Assembly (NCBI RefSeq): GCF_001194135.2
Contig: NC_068997.1
Location: 47,893,197-47,950,855 of the forward strand
Source of the DNA: Octopus bimaculoides
Lineage: Eukaryota
Length of the DNA stretch: 57,659 nucleotides
Reading direction: 5' to 3'
The translations under genes were made by a program, and so were the position numbers. Every line of letters begins with the position of its first letter. Position 1 is the first letter of the stretch. The notes beneath the pieces were generated by a model. It saw only the letters and a program-made list of their open reading frames with translations. It was not told where the DNA came from and made no database searches. Positions 49,880-57,659 of this stretch are shown here, piece after piece.

Positions 49880-50490
49880 TCTATTGTTGAGATGTGATGA
49901 GTCACGCAATTATAGTGTGAATTATATAATCATATATGATGTGTTTCATAAGAATATACATTGACTCATAAGACTTATAACTACGATGAGTCAAATGACT
50001 AGATATAATGGTTCCCTTAGATAAAGGAGTCTTATAAGGAGATATGACAACTCTTATAAGTAAATATGACGACTACCATAAATATGATGGATCGTACATC
50101 AAGTTATAGTGGGTCACATTACTTGACAAGATGACTCATATGACCAAGTATGAGGAACCACAAAACTATATACATTGAGTTGCACAACTCAACGACTATG
50201 ATGAGTCACAAACCTAGATTCGATGATTATGGCAACTGTTAAACGGTGGGTCACACGTCAAATATCGAGATATAAAGAATCCATTAAGAATATAAGACAA
50301 CACTCATTATTAAACATGCTGAATCTCACCACTAGAGATACTGACTCACATAACGACATTCAACGATTCCACGTAACTAAAGAAGAAGAGTGTCATATCT
50401 AGATGTGACGAGTTACATAATTATTTGAGCTGAGTTACATAACTGATGAGCTTGCCCCAAAAGATACGAAAGATCACATAACTCATTAGA
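49880..50490. repeat. Degenerate ~20-25-bp tandem repeat (GATATGATGAGTCACATAAC-like) carrying six TGASTCA motifs
   Basis: TGAGTCA at 49898, 49987 and 50202; TGACTCA at 49962, 50132 and 50342; many near-copies between them. Confidence 0.7.
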
Positions 50491-51544
50491 TCTTTGGATG
50501 ACTTGTGCACACATCGCGCAGTGTATCTTTGCGAGGGCAATCTCCTTAGAGGAAGCCATATCACTGCAAGCTATACTTTTGTGAAGAGATGAAAACGAAG
50601 CTGCAAGCTGACGACGAAATACTCAGCAGTTTTAATTTCGTTGCCATTCCAAGCTTTGTATTTGATTGCATGTTAAAACTGGTGAATGAGTAAATGATTA
50701 GTTGTTAGTCATTTACCAAACCTCACTGCCTCCCCTGTCTGCCTTTTCAACCGAAACTACAACAGCCTCTGCTATATAAAACTATCTAATTGCATACAAC
50801 TACCACTCAGGCCAGTTGATAGACCTGTCTTTCTCTTACACCCTTCATTAATACCTTTCCTCACCCCTGCTGTCTCTACACAAACCACAATACTTAATCC
50901 TTCCTTCTTGGAAATCCCTTCTTTAGAGAAATCATTTTAGAGATAGTTTTTAACTTATCAATCGTATCAGTGTTCCCAGTTGATATGCCTGGTGGTGATA
51001 TAAAGCCCCTGTCTAAATCATAAAAGCAAATTCATTGTTTTTAGGATTGAACCATTGAGAATAAAATAGACACTGAAACAGCCGAGACGTCACAACATAC
51101 ATAAAATGCCATGCAATATGTCTACTCTTTTCTGCGCTTTCACTTCAAGCGTCTACGAAGACAACTTTACCATTCTTTCTTTCGAAGTCGACGAAATAAA
51201 GTATAACACTTTTTGGGAGTGAACCGGTGGAATTGTTAGAATGTCAGATGAAATCCCACGCGGTATCGGTTCTGTTTTTTACATTCTGTTTCTTTTTTTC
51301 TTTTTTAGTGACCAAATTACTTTCTCACCTGATTAAATACAACCACCAGATCCGTGGGTGACTTTTACGGAGTTCATTTTGTTGCAAGCATTTGAACTAG
51401 GTCTTCGTTTACAGGAGTAAAGTTCTTTTCTTTTTCCTACCAGTTTTGGAGGCTGTGAAGTTAAATGTGCTTCCTTTATCTTCTTGATTAAATGTAAGAA
51501 AAAATTACTACATATTTTAGACATATGGAGACTGTTGTATTGTT

Positions 51545-51885
51545 AAGAAGCTTCGTTTCCGGCCTCGTGGTTTCGTTTTCAGTCCCACTGCGTGTCACTT
51601 TCATCTAGTGTCATCTACTATAAGATCGGGTCAACCAACGCTTTGTGTGTGTGAGCGAATGTGTGTGTATGTGTGTGCGTGTGTGTGCTGCATTTGTCCT
51701 CCCTCTACTGTTTAACAACCGGTATTATTTTACTGATGCCTTCATAATTTGCGGTTCGGCAACAGAGAGCGATAAAATAAGTTTCAGCCTTTAAAAAATA
51801 AAGTACTAGAGCTGAGGTGATCAAATAAGCCCTTCAATGTTTTGTTCCAGCATGGCCGCAGTCCAATGACTGAAACAATTAAATG
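51545..51885 (+). mobile_element. SINE family B, diverged
   Basis: TTCAGTCCCACTGCGT, CTACTATA, TTAGCGGTTCGG-like and CCAGCATGGCCGCAGTCCAATGACTGAAAC segments. Confidence 0.8.
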
Positions 51886-52265
51886 TAAAGGATGATAAAA
51901 CGTATTTTAGACATACACAGTAAATGAGCGCCAATAAGATAACAGCAAATGAACTTATCGAACTCTTATTGAACATTACTGTATACTAATTAATGCCAAT
52001 GTAGGACCATTACCATTTTCTTCAGATACCATATTGAATTTTCTGTCTGCCCGTCTGTAAGAGCCCCAATTTGTAGGCCAGCGTGCTACCAACATGTTGT
52101 ATTGGATCAATATTATACTTGGAAGATGATTATGGCGGCAGCCTTTGTGGAAAACGGCCACAGATAGACATAAAATGGGATGCTTCCTCGGCTAATATCT
52201 CGCTATGTTATTGGCAGATGTTGTAGGAAGAACAGAAACCATCAAAGAAATAAATGCCAATAATG

Positions 52266-52314
<49 letters not shown>

Positions 52315-52832
52315 CAGCAACAACAATATAAAAGTAATACTGACAACAACAAGAAAGAAAGAAAGAAGGGAAGAAAAGAAAAGAAAATATACGAACGTAG
52401 AAAATAAATGGTCACATCTAAGCCTATATATTACAAATTTCGTTTTTATAAAGCTTCCTTGATTTTATAAATTAATAACCAATAGAGAAGAATTTGCAGC
52501 AGTTAATATCATTCGAGCATGACTCTCATTTATAATAAATAGATGTTCAATAAATAATACATTAATATTTATTGGATATTTTAGTTGTTATTGTAATCGT
52601 TGTTGTAGTAGTTTGTTCGGCCAGTGCATGCTACAGTCTGCTGTTGTTGTTGTTGTTGTTGTTATTGCTGCTGCTGCTGTCGCCGTTGTTATTGTTGTTG
52701 CTATGTTATTAATAATATTATTTTCATTCGATTTCAATGCAAACCTTCATACACATTTTTTGTGTAACCTGTCCCTCTATTTTCACCCCCGTCCCACATT
52801 ATTTGAGGTAATAATAATAAAAAAAAAACCGA

Positions 52833-52937
52833 TTCTTCTTCTTCTTCTTCTTCTTCTTCTTCTTCTTCTTCTTCTTCTTCTTCTTCTTCTTCTTCTTCTT
52901 CTTCTTCTTCTTCTTCTTCTTCTTCTTCTTCTTCTTC
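52833..52937. repeat. Perfect (TTC)35 tract
   Basis: Direct inspection. Confidence 0.98.
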
Positions 52938-52949
52938 TCATTATTATTA

Positions 52950-53085
52950 AAATTCCGCCGAGTTCGACTTTGCCTCTCATCCATCCGGGGTCGATTAAAT
53001 AAGCGCCAGTTGAACACTGGGGTCGATGTAATCGACTTACCCCTTCCCCGAACTTGCTGGCCTTGTGCCAAAATTTGAAACAACT
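52950..53085 (+). mobile_element. SINE family A, 3' two-thirds, followed by (ATT)n
   Basis: AATTCCGCCGAG..GGGGTCGATGTAATCGACTT..CCTTGTGCCAAAATTTGAAAC. Confidence 0.85.
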
Positions 53086-53086
53086 A

Positions 53087-53129
<43 letters not shown>

Positions 53130-54286
53130 ATTATTATTATTATCATTATTATTATTATTATTCTCTCTTACCCCGCCCTCTATCTGTGGAAGAAACCGAT
53201 TGTCTTCAGATATGTCCTCTTTATCCATGTCGAGGGAGATCAACATACATGTATGTATGTATGTATGTTTATATGTATGTATGTATGTATGTATTCCGCG
53301 TTAATAAGGATCAAATTTTCCTTGTTAAACACTGAATTATATCCATACATAGAAACATGCATACATATATACTTATATCTATAACCTCTTTGCATATTTT
53401 TCATATAGAAGAATACATCGATATACACATATATAGTGTCTGTGTGTGTGTGTGTGTGTATGTGTGTGTATGTGTGTCTGTGTGTGTGTGTGCCCGTGTG
53501 TGTGTGTGTGTGTGTGTATGATCATACACCCTCCCGACAAGCATAGAGATATACAAACACTCACTCAAAATGTCACCCGAAAAGTAAGAAAACGCAGATA
53601 AAATGTGTAACAACTTTACACTTATAAGAGTTTAAATGCTAGGATAAAATATAGAAAATCAAAATAGAGACAAGAGCTGGAATAATGCGATAATAATAAG
53701 ATATACTTTATAGAACTCACAAGAAATTATATTTATACCGAATTTAGTAAAGAGCACAATGGAAAGAGATAAAATCAATTTTAAGGCGATAATAAAATAA
53801 AATATATTACAAAAGGTTAAACGAAATGATATGTGGAAAACTAAGGATGAAAGTATTCATATATGTATGTATATATGTAAGTATGTGAGTGTGTATATAT
53901 ATGGTTATATTTCTGGCATTAATAGAATACAGAAAACAGGTAGGGTATTCAATACTATATAGGTTATACACAAGTTTCGTTTAATTGCCTTCGTGATTGC
54001 ATAATAGCTGTTGAAACATAATACATAAACATCTCCTCAATGTTCAGCAATATGTATAAAACGAGTGTTGAATGCTCAATATATTTTCCATCTATGACAA
54101 TTCTCGGCAGCCTTACAACTAGCTCGATACAGTAGGAGACAAAAATAAACAAAAACCGACCGTAGATGCATGTGTGTGTGTGTGTATGTGTGTGTAAATA
54201 TGAGATCCAAAGATCGAGGTGTAGGAAGAAAGTTAGCTTCAAGAAATCCGTGCGAGTGACGAAATCACTTTCAGTATGATCCTGTA

Positions 54287-54292
<6 letters not shown>

Positions 54293-54352
<60 letters not shown>

Positions 54353-54370
54353 AGAGAGAGAGAGAGAGAG
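54293..54370. repeat. (AG)n microsatellite
   Basis: Direct inspection. Confidence 0.98.
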
Positions 54371-54394
54371 CACTTTACTCTCATGTGTTTATTC

Positions 54395-54657
54395 CCTCCT
54401 TGCCTGAGGTTCCCGTGGTCTTTTCCGTAGGCTTTTCTTTCCACGGATAAACCTATTATGACTTTTTACATTTTTAAAATTCTTCTGTGATACACGATCC
54501 CGTTCGTTTTGTTTTGTTTCTTTTCCCGATCCCTTTTGATCGGAATTTTATATTTTTTTTCTTATTCCCCCCTCTTTCTTTTTCATTTTCGAAAAGAAAA
54601 GCTCTACTTTTGCATTTGTCCCCTCTGTGTTCAGCCCTGTGTGGCCAATAAAAAAAC
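54395..54657 (+). mobile_element. Probable isolated 3' UTR of an L1/Tx1-like LINE, followed by (TATC)n
   Basis: Pyrimidine-rich segment ending GCATTTGTCCCC..GCCAATAAAAAAA. It resembles the 3' end of the LINE at 9412-9470 (GCATTGTCC..GCCAATAAAGAAA) and the SINE A2 tails. Confidence 0.5.
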
Positions 54658-54658
54658 G

Positions 54659-54726
<68 letters not shown>

Positions 54727-54740
54727 CATCCATCTATCTA

Positions 54741-54779
<39 letters not shown>

Positions 54780-55125
54780 TTCTATCTATCTATCTATAAG
54801 TATGTACATATGTATTGAAATTAGCAAAAATGTATTATTGTATTCTTTCCTGTGGTTTATAATTGTACGTTTCAAGGAGAAACTCTGGCAACGAAATAAA
54901 TCATTCGTACATACTTTGCCCGTTCACAACCAGCAGGAAAAGACTCATTATTAGAAGAGCACATCTGGCTTCAGTGACTCTGGTGTCGCTCCATGTCAAA
55001 AAACCACCACTAACTAAGGAAACCACCCGGATGTGCTTCCAACTTCAAAGTCATCTGTCAAAACAACAAAGCGGTAGTATCAGCAACGCCACCACCACCA
55101 ACACCACCACCACCACCACCACCAT

Positions 55126-55178
<53 letters not shown>

Positions 55179-55527
55179 ACAACAGCAGCCACCACAACAA
55201 CAAAACAACAGTAATAGCAACAGCTGCACCGCTTATGTTGTCGCTCTCTTCTGAATTTTAATTTTTCATATTTGATTCTGGTGCTTCAGTACTTTTAAGT
55301 GTGAAATTTGTTACATACAGAGACAGTTAATTGCGTTTGGAGAAATTTTACAGCTGGTCATATACTCATGTGTGTATGTGTGTGTGTTTAGCAAGCGATC
55401 ACGTGATCGACCAGACCCTCAGATCTTGTTATACATCGCCAGTCACAATGCGTTTTGCATCGTTTTAGCTTTCGATTCGAACGATGCCACCCCCCTCTGC
55501 CACCCGAATCTTAGGGGCTAGTCCGTC

Positions 55528-55683
55528 ACAGGGTTACCCATTTGCAGGATGAGTAGACTGGAGTAACGTGAAATGAAGTGCTTTTGGTCAAGGAGGATAC
55601 AACGCACCGGCCAGTCCTCGAACCGAACCCGTGATCTTTCGATCTGGAGAGCAACACCCTAAACACTAGGCCACACGCATTCA
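55528..55683 (-). mobile_element. SINE family C-related, 5' half
   Basis: GAGTAGACTGGAGTAACGTGAAATGAAGTG..GGATACAACGC..CCCTAAACACTAGGCCAC, colinear with 38990-39120. Confidence 0.75.
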
Positions 55684-55821
55684 TGCACACATGCACACAC
55701 ATATGTATACATATATTCGTACAATTACACTCATACATATACACACACACACACACACATACACACACACATATCCATATTTAAATGCATGAAAGTATGT
55801 ATATATGTAGCTATTCTTTTA

Positions 55822-56002
55822 TTCTTTCATTTTTTATTCTATTACTTGTTTCAGTGATTTGACTGCGGCCATGCTTCGGAACCACCCTAAAGAGATTTTA
55901 GTCGAAGAAATCGGCACCAGGACTTATTCTTTGTAAGCCTAGTTGTTTTTGTCAAACCGCTAAGTCACGGGGACGTAAACACACCAAGATCAGTTGTCAA
56001 GC
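55822..56002 (-). mobile_element. SINE family B 3' part
   Basis: TTGTTTCAGTGATTTGACTGCGGCCATGC..AACCGCTAAGTCACGGGGACGTAAAC. Confidence 0.85.
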
Positions 56003-56004
56003 AG

Positions 56005-56726
56005 ATGTCATCACGGTATTATCTACCGATGAGACATGACTTTGTACCTAGGACACTCTATAATGAAAACCGTTGGAAGGATAATCCCGAGGACAATGAA
56101 ATAAGAATCCACAATATGGTAGCAGCCATAGGCACGCACAATAAAAAGGAATACTGGTGGAATGTACCAGTGAAGATTTCAATAATATGTAAGCACGACA
56201 GATCTGATATAATGATTTGGGATAGATAAGAGAAACTGTGCATAGTTGTGGAAATTAGCTGCCGAGCGAATGTTAACATAAAGCTGAAGATCAGTGAAAA
56301 AGCGAACACCTATGCTGAACTATCGAGAAATCTGTAGTTACTCTATCCAGATTACACGGTCAGATTTTTACCTGTAATTATTAGGGCCATGGGATATGTA
56401 ACACACTGCATAAATACCAATCTTGAGAAATTAGGCTTCTCAAAACCAGATAGTAGAAAGCTAATCCAAAGACTACAGATCCAATCCATCACCGGAACTG
56501 TAAAAATCTGTAAAACTTTCCAGAAGTTTATCATTTAAATATATATGAGCATGACTAGATATGTAGCTCTATGCATGAGAATGCAGACATAAAAATTACA
56601 AATATACACATACATACAAAAATTTCCTGTTGTTGATGTTGAAATTCCAATGAAGGAGGGATAGATCTAGATTAGAAACCGGTTCTTCCTCTATTGGCAA
56701 GAAGTTTTGAAATAAACTGAATAATG
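56005..56726 (+). mobile_element. 5'-truncated RLE non-LTR retrotransposon with 3' UTR, followed by (ACAT)n
   Basis: MSSRYYLPMRHD..WWNVPVK..HDRSDIMIWDR; highly similar to 27380-27925, with in-frame stops. Confidence 0.92.
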
Positions 56727-56792
56727 ACATACATACATACATACACACATACATACATACATACATACATACATACATACATACATACATAC

Positions 56793-57308
56793 GCATGCCC
56801 TGATGCAGCACCAGTCAGTGTTGTTCATAGCTTCTAATCTTAACTGATTGGAAGTGTTATCATGTACATTGTTTTGTCTTGGTACCACAGATTTGCTTGT
56901 CAGTTGTTTGACCTTAACCAGTTGAGCATGTTCCTTGATGGCTGACGATATGTGCATCTCTGATCCCGAGCAAAAGTAGTGGGGGAGCATCATAGTCATA
57001 TGTTGAGAGGAATTCTTTGGGGTTCGAGTAATTTACCTCTGGAAACATGGGTGTTTCGTTCAACATCCTTAAACAACCCTTATTCGGGGACTTTTTGAGC
57101 GGGATGGGCTACTCGACCTGAAGAAAATTGTAACTGAGACCCACCTGCAAGGTCATGGGTTGTTAATCTTGATATGAGATCACCATGTTGCACACTTATG
57201 CTTGTGATGCAGGAGTCTGATGTACCCTTATCAGACGGTTAGACATGATGGGTATATTGGGCTTCGTATATTTTACCCCAGTGTCACTTTGATGGCATGC
57301 ACTGCTCA
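56793..57308 (+). repeat. Probable continuation of the RLE element 3' UTR or an adjacent dispersed repeat
   Basis: Non-microsatellite block directly after the (ACAT)n. It resembles a recurrent octopus repeat from recall only; there is no second copy in this window. Confidence 0.35.
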
Positions 57309-57424
57309 CACACACACACATATATATGCATATATGTACATAGGTATATGCATACGTGCATATATACATGGTAACATACACCATATGTACGTATGAGGAT
57401 GTTTGTTTTTATTATCTAAGAAAA

Positions 57425-57650
57425 AGAAAAAAAAAACTGTGGTGAAACGGCAGTGTCGTTCGGGCGTCATATAAAAATTGCTGGCAATATTTGTTTCAGC
57501 TCTTTATGTTCTAAGTTCCAATACCGCCATAATCAACTTTGTCTTGCATCTTTCGAGGATCAATGAAATTAAAAAAAACCGTCAAACACTGGGATCGATA
57601 TAATCGACAAATACTCTCGACAAATTCCGGGTCTTGTGCGTATGTTAGAA
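57425..57650 (+). mobile_element. Old family A-related SINE
   Basis: TTCTAAGTTCCAATACCGCC, CTTTCGAGGATCAAT and CACTGGGATCGATATAATCGAC remnants. Confidence 0.6.
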
Positions 57651-57659
57651 AATAAACAA

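Noticed and set aside
50443-50475. CTGATGA...CGAAA hammerhead-like core
   Set aside because: Stem II is weak, there is no NUH with a stem III pairing and no stem I; it is explained by the surrounding degenerate GATGAG repeat.
1-57659. Dozens of ORFs with HTHT, YIYI, CVCV, poly-I, poly-L or poly-K/R content
   Set aside because: They are translations of (CA)n, (TA)n, (ATT)n and (TTC)n microsatellites, not genes.

Overview
AT-rich, microsatellite-dense eukaryotic genomic DNA from a gapped scaffold (about a dozen N runs). It is most likely Octopus/coleoid cephalopod; this is inferred from recognisable tRNA-derived SINE families and not proven here. No host gene can be demonstrated. The ORF track is mostly translated microsatellites and N gaps, and every protein-like segment is a decayed transposon. 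These include R4/Dong-type RLE non-LTR retrotransposons (4 fragments), an internally deleted L1/Tx1-like LINE, a CR1/L2-like 3' end, a Penelope-like element (GIY-YIG), a Helitron 3' end, an IR/DR-type Tc1 element, a pogo/Tigger relic and a hAT MITE, plus roughly 30 SINE copies of 4 families. The most notable signals are two hammerhead-ribozyme (HHR) motifs with palindromic stem III (the dimer-cleaving type). One lies downstream of the Penelope GIY-YIG ORF (32894-32973, minus). The other lies inside a 272-bp tRNA-headed SINE bounded by a perfect 14-bp target-site duplication (17346-17617), i.e. a candidate Pol III ribozyme-SINE possibly mobilised by Penelope-like elements. Other items of interest: a SINE 3' tail shared with an L1/Tx1-type 3' UTR, RLE elements abutting (CATA)n, a diverged ~270-bp inverted repeat, an AP-1 motif cluster, and one well-flanked 90-nt candidate exon.
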